Assembly: GCA_030698625.1 (NCBI GenBank)
Contig: JAUYMS010000040.1
Location: 21,499 to 85,498 of the forward strand
Direction: 5' to 3'
DNA length: 64,000 bases
Origin: Candidatus Omnitrophota bacterium
GTDB lineage: Bacteria; Omnitrophota; Omnitrophia; Omnitrophales; Aquincolibacteriaceae
Shown here: one piece after another, positions 38,182 to 47,342 of the stretch
Layout: each line of letters begins with the position of its first letter
Numbering within the stretch: the first letter of the stretch is position 1
Position numbers and translations under genes: made by a program
The notes under the pieces: generated by a model
What the model was told of the DNA's origin: nothing
The model's input: the letters and a program-made list of their open reading frames with translations, nothing else
Database searches by the model: none

Positions 38182-38957
38182 TGAAAACAGCGAGATTACG
38201 GTCCGCTCTGGCGGACATTCGCGGAAGCGTCAGTTACAGAGTGCACCTAGCGAGCATACGCATGAAGAGTCTCTGTGCTCCTCGCGGGAAAAAAGAAGAT
38301 TTCAATTTTGACCGGCTGCTTTCGCGTCTCTGGGATAATTACAGCACAGACGACCACCCCAAAGACCGCAGAATGCGTATATTGCGCGACAAACGGGTCG
38401 CCGGCATGGGGGTTGAGAATATCCGTTATCTGACCAATGAAATGGTTAGACGGGTTGCGCAGAATGGAGTGTATCTCGAGGTCGGGACCTACCGCGGAAG
38501 CAGCCTTCTGAGTGCCGCACTCTTCAATGACACTACGCGGTGTATCGGTATTGATAATTTTTCCCAATTTAACAAAAGAGAGAAAAACGAGTATGCCTTG
38601 AAGAGAAATTTGGCAAAATTCGGGAGGCTCCGAAATATTGAGTTCTACAACAAAGATTACCGGGAAGCGCTGCGCGAACTCTTCGAGAGAGAGCCGCATT
38701 TGAAAGTGAACGTCTATTATTATGATGGGAAACACTCTTACCGCGACCAACTCGAGGGGCTTGAAGTCATGCTGCCGCATTACGCCGAGCGGTGCATAAT
38801 TCTGGTTGATGACATCAACTGGCCGGATCCTGAGCGCGCATCCGAAGATTTTCTAAGGAAGAACCCGTCATTTCGAACGCTTCTAAAAATAAAGACATCC
38901 GCGACTCCCGCGCCGAACTGGTGGAACGGATTTCAGGTGATAGCCCGTGGCATTTAA
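38181..38957 (+). CDS. Class I SAM methyltransferase (Methyltransf_24-like)
   Basis: YLEVGTYRGSS...YYYDGKHSY...LVDDINW. ATG at 38181 overlaps the upstream stop (TAATG). The track start at 38085 lies inside the upstream gene. Confidence 0.6.
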   Translation: MKTARLRSALADIRGSVSYRVHLASIRMKSLCAPRGKKEDFNFDRLLSRLWDNYSTDDHPKDRRMRILRDKRVAGMGVENIRYLTNEMVRRVAQNGVYLEVGTYRGSSLLSAALFNDTTRCIGIDNFSQFNKREKNEYALKRNLAKFGRLRNIEFYNKDYREALRELFEREPHLKVNVYYYDGKHSYRDQLEGLEVMLPHYAERCIILVDDINWPDPERASEDFLRKNPSFRTLLKIKTSATPAPNWWNGFQVIARGI

Positions 38958-39699
38958 CGTTAAAGTAACTATTCAAGAAACTCTCGTCGAACTTTGCCGG
39001 GGTATCAGCACGGGCGCTAACCGGATTGTTGCGCGCTGGGAACCCGCACGCAAACAGCGAGAGCGAAAGCGCCTGGCCGAGCAGCTTAAGGGACAGAGTC
39101 GAATTCATGTTGGCTGCGGAGAAATTTTTGTCCCGGGTTGGTTGAATATCGGACTACTGCCGAGTGATCGCTTTCCATACGCCGAGATGGTGCGGGCCCA
39201 AAACGGTGCCTTGGCACTTAGTTTCGACGTCTCAGACCTTTTGCCCATCGAGAACGATTCGCTTCATTACATCTATGCCAGCCATTTCATTGAGCATTTA
39301 AAATTGGAGACAGGAATCACATTTCTCAAGCGTTGCTACAAAATGCTGAACGCCGACGGGGTTCTACGACTTACGTTCCCAGACATGGAATTGTGGGTGA
39401 ATAAATACTACGAGAACGATGCCGCTTTTTTTGAGGGGTACAAGTCCATCTACCTCACGCCGAAGCGGGCGCGTCATGCCCAAACTAAGGGGCAGATCTT
39501 CATGTCGCAGGTTCATGGCTTCGGACATCGGTGGAATTACGACTTTGATTCCATGCGGAATATTCTGGAGAAAATCGGCTTCAGTCATATTACACGCAAA
39601 GGTGTTTGGGAAAGTGAGCTCCCGGACATAGATCGACTCGAGCCGAAGGAAGCCGGACGCATCATGGAAACAGCCTATGTTGAGGCCCATAAGGTTTAA
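38947..39699 (+). CDS. Class I SAM methyltransferase (Methyltransf_11-like)
   Basis: IHVGCGEIFVPGW...IYASHFIEHL...LNADGVLRLTFP. GTG start. Confidence 0.6.
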   Translation: MAFNVKVTIQETLVELCRGISTGANRIVARWEPARKQRERKRLAEQLKGQSRIHVGCGEIFVPGWLNIGLLPSDRFPYAEMVRAQNGALALSFDVSDLLPIENDSLHYIYASHFIEHLKLETGITFLKRCYKMLNADGVLRLTFPDMELWVNKYYENDAAFFEGYKSIYLTPKRARHAQTKGQIFMSQVHGFGHRWNYDFDSMRNILEKIGFSHITRKGVWESELPDIDRLEPKEAGRIMETAYVEAHKV

Positions 39700-39701
39700 A
39701 T

Positions 39702-40538
39702 ATGGATAAACTTAGCGTTGTAATCACATGCTACAAACCGGGCGAAAAACTGGCGGAGGCTTTCGCCAGCTTGCGGGCACAAACGGATAATGACTTTGAG
39801 ATTATCATTGTCAATGACGCCTCGCCGAGTGAGGATCTTAATCAAGCTTGCCGGCAACTTGAGACGGATGAGGCCGTTGGCGTGATTTGGCGGAGAAAAA
39901 ACGGGGGCGCGGCCGCGGCCCGAAATGACGGCTGCCGAGCCATTGCCGGCAACATCTATATACCCCTGGACGCAGATGACGTATTACCGCCGGATGCCGT
40001 TGCTACCATTCGGCACACTTTTGACGAATGGCCCGCCGCTGACTTCGTGTTCGGCGATTATCTTTACCGTCCTGATGGAGGTGCCGAAAAAGTTATGAAT
40101 GCCGGGGCTATGTGCGGTAGTGACGGCTGGCTAAGACCGCAGTCGCTAGCCAAGAGATTTGGAATCTACGGGGGAAGCCCCTTCCGAAAAATCGCGTGGG
40201 AACGAGTCAGCGGCTATGATGAAAGCGTTCCGTCAGGACATGAAGACGTCGATTTCTGGCTGCGCATGGTCAACTCCGGAGCGCGGGGCCGGTACGTGAA
40301 CCATTTGCTCTATATCTGGCAGCGCTCAGAACGGGGGATGGGAAGTCTCGTCCCCAAGGCGAAAAAGATGCGCATCAAGTGGGTAAAGAACGCCCCGTTT
40401 TATGACCGCTACGCCCATCCGATCGGATGGAGAAAAAAGGTGATACGCGAGGCCCTCAAGGAAAGTGATTACGGCTTGGCGGTAAGACTTTTTTTCGGGC
40501 TCATTCTATCGAAATTGAAATTAAGGGAGAAGGTATGA
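39702..40538 (+). CDS. GT2 glycosyltransferase
   Basis: LSVVITCYKPGE...IIVNDAS...PLDADD (DxD). Confidence 0.7.
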   Translation: MDKLSVVITCYKPGEKLAEAFASLRAQTDNDFEIIIVNDASPSEDLNQACRQLETDEAVGVIWRRKNGGAAAARNDGCRAIAGNIYIPLDADDVLPPDAVATIRHTFDEWPAADFVFGDYLYRPDGGAEKVMNAGAMCGSDGWLRPQSLAKRFGIYGGSPFRKIAWERVSGYDESVPSGHEDVDFWLRMVNSGARGRYVNHLLYIWQRSERGMGSLVPKAKKMRIKWVKNAPFYDRYAHPIGWRKKVIREALKESDYGLAVRLFFGLILSKLKLREKV

Positions 40539-41509
40539 AATCTGTTGTTACAGGAGCCGGGGGTTTTGTCGGCCATCACCTCGTCAGCTATTTAAAGAAA
40601 AAGGGGCATGAAGTCATTGCAATCGACATCAAGGAGCCGGAGTTTGCCCGTTCGGAGGCTAGTAAGTTCATACTTCAGGATCTGCGCGAGCCCGTAAAGA
40701 AAATTCAGCCGCTTTTTGAGGGCGCTGATCAAGTGTGGGCCCTGGCTGCGGATATGGGGGGAATGGGCTTTATTTCTCAGAACCACGCCTATTGCATGAG
40801 CAATAACGTCACGATTAATATTCAGACCCTCGAGGCAGCTCGAAACGCCCGCGTAAAGCGCTATCTCTACACGTCAACAGCCTGCGTTTATCCGCATCAT
40901 CTGCAGTTGACTCCGGATGTGACACCCCTCGCCGAATACATGGCCTATCCGGCAGGACCGCAAGACGGGTATGGCTGGGAGAAACTCTACACGGAGAAAC
41001 TTTGCCAGTATTACCGACTCGAATACGGCCTGGAAACCCGTATTGTGCGATTTCACACCATGTACGGTCCGCTGGGCACCTGGACGGGCGGCAAAGAAAA
41101 ATCGCCGGCTGCGCTCTGTCGCAAAGTTGCCGAGGCTGTTCTCACCGGGGGCAATTCCATTGAGATATGGGGTGACGGCGAGCAGACGAGAACCTTTTGC
41201 TATGTGGACGACACACTTAAAGGCCTGGACGGCATTATGAATTCCGATTATTCCGACCCCATCAATTTGGGGCGTGACGAGATGGTGACCATTAATGAAT
41301 TGGCGGATGTCATTATGAAGGTGGCCGGCGTTAAGCTAAAGAAGACCTATGTGGAGGGCCCGCAGGGAGTTCGGGGGCGTAATTCGGACAACACTCTTTG
41401 CCGCGAGATTCTCGCTTGGAGTCCTGAAATCGATTTGGAAACGGGCCTTCGCCTGACGTATCCGTGGATCCTTAAAGAGGTTCGCCAAGCATTAGAAATT
41501 AAGAAATAA
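40535..41509 (+). CDS. GDP-mannose 3,5-epimerase-like SDR (tandem copy 1)
   Basis: TGAGGFVGHHL, then ADMGGMGFISQNHA...YTSTACVYP matches the GME signature (DMGGMGFIQSNHS...YASSACIYP), and YGWEK (YxxxK). Confidence 0.7.
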   Translation: MKSVVTGAGGFVGHHLVSYLKKKGHEVIAIDIKEPEFARSEASKFILQDLREPVKKIQPLFEGADQVWALAADMGGMGFISQNHAYCMSNNVTINIQTLEAARNARVKRYLYTSTACVYPHHLQLTPDVTPLAEYMAYPAGPQDGYGWEKLYTEKLCQYYRLEYGLETRIVRFHTMYGPLGTWTGGKEKSPAALCRKVAEAVLTGGNSIEIWGDGEQTRTFCYVDDTLKGLDGIMNSDYSDPINLGRDEMVTINELADVIMKVAGVKLKKTYVEGPQGVRGRNSDNTLCREILAWSPEIDLETGLRLTYPWILKEVRQALEIKK

Positions 41510-41523
41510 GGGAGGAGCGTTAC

Positions 41524-42498
41524 GTGAAATTTATCGTTACAGGCGCCGGTGGTTTTATTGGGCACCACCTTGTGAGCCACTTGAAAAAATCTGGCGCGGA
41601 AGTTATCGGCATCGACATCAAGCATCCCGAATTCGAGCAGTCAAAGGCCGACCGCTTTGAGATACAGGACCTGCGCGAACCCATAACGACATGGAAGCAT
41701 CTCTTTGAGGGCGTTGACGACGTTTGGGCACTCGCGGCAGACATGGGGGGCATGGGATTCATCTCTCAGAATCATGCCCAAATTATGACGAGTAATGTCA
41801 TGATTAACATCCACACGCTTGAGGCCGCCAAGCTGGCTAAAGTGAAGCGCTATCTCTACACATCCTCAGCCTGCGTGTACCCCACACACCTGCAGTCGAA
41901 AACAAATGTCAAGCCGCTAGCCGAGGATATGGCGTATCCCGCAGACCCTCAAGACGGTTACGGCTGGGAAAAAATCTACACCGAGAAAATGTGCCAGTAC
42001 TATCATGCGGAATACGCGCTGGATACACGTATCGTGCGATTTCACAATATCTACGGACCTGCGGGTACTTGGAGGGGCGGCCGTGAAAAGGCCCCCGCCG
42101 CCTTATGCCGGAAGGTTGCCGAGGCCATCGAGACCGGGACAGATGCCATCGAGATCTGGGGCGACGGAGAGCAAACGCGAACCTTCTGTTATATCGATGA
42201 CTGCGTAACGGGTCTTCAGAAAATCATGGATTCCGGATACAACGAGCCGCTCAATCTTGGCCGAGACGAGATGGTTTCCATCAATGAGCTTGCCGATGTC
42301 GTGGCAGAAGTCGCTGGAGTAAAACTAAAAAAAGTTCATGTGGACGGACCTCAGGGCGTTCGAGGAAGAAACTCGGACAACGCTTTATTTCAAAGACTCA
42401 TGGGTTGGAGCCCGGCAATTGATCTCAAAACCGGCATAGCCCAAACCTATCCTTGGATACAGCAACAGGTACGCATGGGGTCAAAGTCCCCCACTTGA
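41524..42498 (+). CDS. GDP-mannose 3,5-epimerase-like SDR (tandem copy 2)
   Basis: Same motifs as the upstream paralog (ADMGGMGFISQNHA, YGWEK). GTG start with RBS gggaggag. Confidence 0.7.
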   Translation: MKFIVTGAGGFIGHHLVSHLKKSGAEVIGIDIKHPEFEQSKADRFEIQDLREPITTWKHLFEGVDDVWALAADMGGMGFISQNHAQIMTSNVMINIHTLEAAKLAKVKRYLYTSSACVYPTHLQSKTNVKPLAEDMAYPADPQDGYGWEKIYTEKMCQYYHAEYALDTRIVRFHNIYGPAGTWRGGREKAPAALCRKVAEAIETGTDAIEIWGDGEQTRTFCYIDDCVTGLQKIMDSGYNEPLNLGRDEMVSINELADVVAEVAGVKLKKVHVDGPQGVRGRNSDNALFQRLMGWSPAIDLKTGIAQTYPWIQQQVRMGSKSPT

Positions 42499-42509
42499 TT
42501 TGGAACCCT

Positions 42510-43442
42510 ATGGAAAAAATACAAAATAACTTGAAGAACGCTGAGACGGCCAAATTCCAGCCGAATCTCTTTATCCTCGGGGCAGCCAAATGCGGCACCA
42601 CGACCCTGCATTTTTATCTCGACACCATGCCTGAAATTTGCATGTCCATGCCCAAGGAACCTCACTTTTTTGAAAAGGAATATGATAAGGGGATTACGTT
42701 CTATAGGGACAAGTATTTTGCGCATTGGAACGGGGAAGCCATCATTGGTGAGGCGCGCCACAGAAATCTCTTTCTGCCTTATGTCGCCGAGCGAATCTAC
42801 AGGACAAATCCACAGGCCAAGTTAGTGGCGATATTGCGAAACCCGGTAGCCCGTGCCTATTCTCACTGGTGGCACTTTTATTCGCGCGGACACACCAAGC
42901 TTTCTTTCAGCAAAACGATTCGGGCCAATCGGGAGCGTCTGGAAGCGAGACTCGAAATTCGGAGACCGGATGACTACTTCAAGAGGGGCCTGAAGCCGTA
43001 TGTGAACAAAGACACATGCATCGAATCGGGCTATTACTTTGAACAGATTCAACGCTACCGCGCCTATTTCTCGGACAGCCAAATTAAGCTTATCCTTTTT
43101 GAGGATCTGGTCCAAAACCCGCAGCAAGTATTGGCCGATCTGAGAGCGTTACTGGGGCTGGAACCAGAGAGCAAAATTATTTCGCCTCTCACGAACATGA
43201 ATCCTCACAAACTCAAGCAGGTTTCTCTGCCATTGCGTCGCATTCAGAAAAAGTTTCGCCTCCGGGAAATTCTTCCTGATTTCGCTTACGAGTATCTCAA
43301 GCATTTCTTTAAGCTAAGTCTACGGCGCCCGAGAATGCCCGGACATACGCATCGCTGGCTTATTCAGCATTATGAAGTTCACAACGAAATGCTTGCCAGC
43401 TACATGAATCGTGACTTATCACACTGGAACCGGATGTCATGA
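42510..43442 (+). CDS. Sulfotransferase (PAPS-dependent)
   Basis: 5'-PSB LGAAKCGTTTL and 3'-PB ILRNPVARAYSHW. ATG at 42510; the track start at 42453 overlaps the upstream gene. Confidence 0.7.
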   Translation: MEKIQNNLKNAETAKFQPNLFILGAAKCGTTTLHFYLDTMPEICMSMPKEPHFFEKEYDKGITFYRDKYFAHWNGEAIIGEARHRNLFLPYVAERIYRTNPQAKLVAILRNPVARAYSHWWHFYSRGHTKLSFSKTIRANRERLEARLEIRRPDDYFKRGLKPYVNKDTCIESGYYFEQIQRYRAYFSDSQIKLILFEDLVQNPQQVLADLRALLGLEPESKIISPLTNMNPHKLKQVSLPLRRIQKKFRLREILPDFAYEYLKHFFKLSLRRPRMPGHTHRWLIQHYEVHNEMLASYMNRDLSHWNRMS

Positions 43443-44422
43443 ACCCCGTCTACGTCTTCCTCCATCTTCGCAAAACCGCCGGCAGTACGCTAAAGTACCA
43501 TCTGAGAAAGAATTTCCGGCCCGGCGAAATCATTTTCATAAACCCCAAAAGTGATACGCATGTAAGCGTCTACTTTGAGGATTGGCAGAAAGAAATGACT
43601 CGGGAAGAGTTGGCCGCCTATCTCGGCGGGTTACCCCAAAATAAGAAGGATCGCCTCAGGATGATCTTCGGGCATAGGGTGTATTCAGGGATCCACGAAC
43701 CTCTGGGTCGTCCGGCACGATACATTACGTTTCTTCGTAATCCCGAAACCAGAACGCTTTCCCACTACAACTGGTATCTCGAAAAGAAGATCCGCCAAAA
43801 CGGGAGTAGCACAAAAGCGCGTTTGACCGATGATCACTTCCGCGCCTGGCTTCAAGCCCCTGAATCACCGGACAATTTCATGACTCGTGTCCTCATCGAA
43901 TCCTTTCAATCGAAGCCGTCCACGAAGAGAGAGCTTGCGTCCAACGACCTCGAAAGGGCTAAGACGCTGCTCAAGTCCTTCTATTTTGTAGGTATTACCG
44001 AACAGTATGACCGCGACGCGGCATTTCTCTACGAGCAATTCAGCATCATTCGTTTTTTTTCAAATCAAAAGATCTCAACTAAATATTACGTCCCTGAAGA
44101 TCGCGAGGCCGTCGCAAAACTGATTCGAGACAAGTGTTGGATCGACTGTGACCTTTATGCCTACGCCAATCATTTAAACCAACGCTTTCGAGAGGCAAAC
44201 AAAGAGTTTGCCCGCTGCGTCGGACAGGCGAGACGGGTCAAGCGCGTTGCCGCCAGAATGGGTACGGTCATGCGGTGTGCGGGTACTCTCAAACGACTGC
44301 CATACGCGGTCCTGCCGGAACGCACCAAGCGCCGAGAAGCCTATGATGAAATTTGTCAACAGATACGCGACGCCGTAAAGCGGGTGTTTTTTCGCAAGTT
44401 GGCCCGGAGGGAGTCACGGTAA
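43439..44422 (+). CDS. Sulfotransferase (PAPS-dependent), paralog of the ORF at 19693
   Basis: LHLRKTAGST...FLRNPETRTLSHY. Confidence 0.7.
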   Translation: MNPVYVFLHLRKTAGSTLKYHLRKNFRPGEIIFINPKSDTHVSVYFEDWQKEMTREELAAYLGGLPQNKKDRLRMIFGHRVYSGIHEPLGRPARYITFLRNPETRTLSHYNWYLEKKIRQNGSSTKARLTDDHFRAWLQAPESPDNFMTRVLIESFQSKPSTKRELASNDLERAKTLLKSFYFVGITEQYDRDAAFLYEQFSIIRFFSNQKISTKYYVPEDREAVAKLIRDKCWIDCDLYAYANHLNQRFREANKEFARCVGQARRVKRVAARMGTVMRCAGTLKRLPYAVLPERTKRREAYDEICQQIRDAVKRVFFRKLARRESR

Positions 44423-44425
44423 GTC

Positions 44426-45355
44426 ATGAAACCAACCGTGTTCATAACGGGGAAACGGGAATATTTGATCACCATGAAGGTATCCGAGTATTCCTTGAAG
44501 AGAAACTCGAAGCATCCTGAGAGTTTTGACGTTAGATTGCTCTACCTGCAGGACTTCCCTTATCTGACGTCTCGGCAAGGCCGGCGCTACAAGCGGGAGC
44601 CTGGCATTTTAAAATGGCACAATGAAGACCCGCAAGCCTTTACACTCCTGCGTTTCCTTCCGCCTCAGCTCATGAACTATGAAAACCGTGCCGTGGTTAT
44701 CGACCCCGACATTTTTGCCGTGGGTGATGTCTATTCGCTCTTAACACGTGACATGCGAGGTAAGGTCATTCTGTGCAAAAAAAAGGATTACACGAACAGC
44801 AAGAAGCCCAACCGTCGATCCCATTTTGCATCGAGTGTAATGCTTCTGGATTGCGCACACCTTAAACATTGGGAGTGGGAAAAGCAGCTCGATGCCATGT
44901 TTCGCATGGAGCGGCATTACAATAACTGGATGAATATGCGTTTAGAACCCGAGGAGACAATCGGCGCTCTCGAGGATGAGTGGAATCACTACGACACCCT
45001 AACGCCCGACACGAAACTCTTGCACAACACCAACCGCAGTACGCAGCCCTGGTTGACAGGTCTGCCCTACGACCGCCGTCTTAAGAAGCATGTTGAAAAG
45101 ATGTTTGGCGTCTTTCCTGCCGCGTGGAGAGAGGGGATATGCTCTCTTTTACGCGGTGAAGGTTACTTGCCATACGGCCGCCACGAACGCCATCCGGACG
45201 CAAATCAGGAAAAGCTATGGTTTTCTCTCCTTAAAGGCGCCCTTCGCGACGGCTTTATTAGTGAGTCTGATCTACGTAACGAGATCGAAAAAAAGCATGT
45301 CAGGTCTGACGCCTTGGCAATTCTCGAGACCGCGGAGGAACCTGCACTCGCATGA
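44426..45355 (+). CDS. Putative GT-A (GT8-related) glycosyltransferase
   Basis: VVIDPDIF (DxD-like), then LLHNTNRSTQPW resembling the GT8 HxxGxxKPW tail. Weak call. Confidence 0.35.
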   Translation: MKPTVFITGKREYLITMKVSEYSLKRNSKHPESFDVRLLYLQDFPYLTSRQGRRYKREPGILKWHNEDPQAFTLLRFLPPQLMNYENRAVVIDPDIFAVGDVYSLLTRDMRGKVILCKKKDYTNSKKPNRRSHFASSVMLLDCAHLKHWEWEKQLDAMFRMERHYNNWMNMRLEPEETIGALEDEWNHYDTLTPDTKLLHNTNRSTQPWLTGLPYDRRLKKHVEKMFGVFPAAWREGICSLLRGEGYLPYGRHERHPDANQEKLWFSLLKGALRDGFISESDLRNEIEKKHVRSDALAILETAEEPALA

Positions 45356-46209
45356 TTACATTCGTAATCTTTCATGTAGATAATACGGGTAAGCGCAAGA
45401 AAAAGGGTGGGGATCCGCGACGGATGATGTACCTGCTGTTTCGATCCGCCGAACTTCACCACCCCCATTGCCGTAAGGTCGTAATCTCCGACCTCCGCAC
45501 CGACCTATCCTATCTGGCACCGGATATTGAGATCAAACGCTATGACGTTGATCCGACACAAATAGCGCTGAGCCGTTGGAACTCGCGCAATCAATTCCTT
45601 GCCGATCAGGATTTTTCATCTCATTTTGTCTTGCTTGATTACGATATTCTCGTGAACGCAAATCTCCTGCCCCTTTTCGATCAACCTTTTGACGTCGCAT
45701 TAACTTACCGCCATCGCACCGAAGCGGACAAAAGGCCAAAACTCAAGATTAACGGCGGCATCTTGTTTCTAAAGGCAAACAGAAAAGCGGCATCCATGTC
45801 ATTTTTGAACCGCGTTTTTACTACCTACAAAGAAAAATTCATTTCCCGTCCCGATTGGTGGGGAGGACAGTACTCAATGAACGAGGTTGTCGGCCATGCG
45901 AACGTGCCTGAGTCAGGGACCCGCACTGTTAAAACCGGAGATTCTACGATCCTGCTTCTGCCTTGCGACCAGTATAATTTTTCGCCCTCTAACCGCTATC
46001 GTTCGATCGCTGCGGAGTTTCAAACCCAGAAAATCCTCCATTTCAAGGCAAGATGTAGGCGACTCATGAATTTATATTGGGATATTTACTTTACAAGACG
46101 CATCACAAAGAATCCAGGGGTTGCACTGCAATCCCTTTTAAAACGATTGCACTTGCTGTGGCTCATCATCTATGAGCGGGCATTTCCCAAAAGGTCCATA
46201 AAATCATGA
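45352..46209 (+). CDS. Putative GT-A (GT8-related) glycosyltransferase
   Basis: FDVALTYRHRT...INGGILFLK aligns with the N-terminal domain of the ORF at 34281 (FDVAYTYFDRT...INLGVVLVK). Confidence 0.4.
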   Translation: MITFVIFHVDNTGKRKKKGGDPRRMMYLLFRSAELHHPHCRKVVISDLRTDLSYLAPDIEIKRYDVDPTQIALSRWNSRNQFLADQDFSSHFVLLDYDILVNANLLPLFDQPFDVALTYRHRTEADKRPKLKINGGILFLKANRKAASMSFLNRVFTTYKEKFISRPDWWGGQYSMNEVVGHANVPESGTRTVKTGDSTILLLPCDQYNFSPSNRYRSIAAEFQTQKILHFKARCRRLMNLYWDIYFTRRITKNPGVALQSLLKRLHLLWLIIYERAFPKRSIKS

Positions 46210-47342
46210 AAACGCTGCTGAGACTTGACGGAAAGCGTCTCGCCCTGAATCTTACACTCTTAGCGACGGTATTAGTCATGATCGGCTCCGTTCTAGAGGT
46301 CGGCGTATTCCGCATGAATATGCACCGTATCCCCATGAGGTTTCACGGCCATATCGACCGCTACTTCTACGCGTTTGCTCAGAGTTCTAAGGCCGTGGTT
46401 ATGCCAAAGAATTATATTGCTATTGCGGGAGATTCCTACGCTCAGGGAGAGGGGGACTGGCGGATCGAGGCGAACGTCTGGAAAAACCCGCCATTTGCCT
46501 CACAGCACGTTCTCCAGGAACTCACAGGCCAGGACGTCATTAATAGCGGCGCGGGCGGCGGAGACAGCCTTCGAACGCTCGCTGTACGCCCGGTTGCCCA
46601 ATACCGTTTTCTAAACTCGACCCTTCTTTATCGTATCAAGAAGCCTGACATCATCTTATCTTACGTCTATGAGGGAGGGCTAAACCGCAGCCTAGCCTTC
46701 CTTGAGCAGAACTATTTACCACGGTACGATCCTGCGCGAATCTACGACCGGGCCTATTTCCGGCAATTTATCGATGATATCGTGACGCAAAGCATCCCGA
46801 CGGCGATCGCACGGCGTTTTGTTTTGCCTCGATTTCTCTTACGCCTGTGGAACAATTTTCGTGTCCGGCTCGCAAAGCTTTTCCCGCCCATATCGCCCTT
46901 TTATGGTAAACGTACGCGGACAGACTCGGGGGCAAAGGAGGTTGCTAAGTCTTTCCCTGATTACAATAGTGAAGAGGGCCTCAAGCTTTCGTTGTACGTT
47001 ATTCAGCAATCGCTCACCTATCTGACGGATTTTTTTCCAGAAGCGCGTCACTACATCGTTTATATTCCCGATATCCATACCTCCTATGAAATGCCGGTTG
47101 ACGGGACGGCTCGGGACAATCTTCTGCCCGAGTTCCTACGGAGCGACGAAATCAGCGATGCTCTAAAAATAATCTCTGTAGCCGTCGGTTCAACTTATAT
47201 TGATTCACGCCCTGCCATCAGGGCTGCTTCGCAGGCAGGCCGCGTCCACGGCGTGATTGATAAGGCACACTTTAACCGCAAGGGTTACACCGTACTTGCG
47301 GAGACAATACTACCTTACCTGGAAGGGGATAAAACCCAATGA
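46206..47342 (+). CDS. SGNH/GDSL-like hydrolase or acyltransferase with N-terminal TM helix
   Basis: N-terminal hydrophobic segment LALNLTLLATVLVMIGSVL. IAIAGDSYAQGEG (GDS block I). Paralog of the ORF at 29844. Confidence 0.55.
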   Translation: MKTLLRLDGKRLALNLTLLATVLVMIGSVLEVGVFRMNMHRIPMRFHGHIDRYFYAFAQSSKAVVMPKNYIAIAGDSYAQGEGDWRIEANVWKNPPFASQHVLQELTGQDVINSGAGGGDSLRTLAVRPVAQYRFLNSTLLYRIKKPDIILSYVYEGGLNRSLAFLEQNYLPRYDPARIYDRAYFRQFIDDIVTQSIPTAIARRFVLPRFLLRLWNNFRVRLAKLFPPISPFYGKRTRTDSGAKEVAKSFPDYNSEEGLKLSLYVIQQSLTYLTDFFPEARHYIVYIPDIHTSYEMPVDGTARDNLLPEFLRSDEISDALKIISVAVGSTYIDSRPAIRAASQAGRVHGVIDKAHFNRKGYTVLAETILPYLEGDKTQ

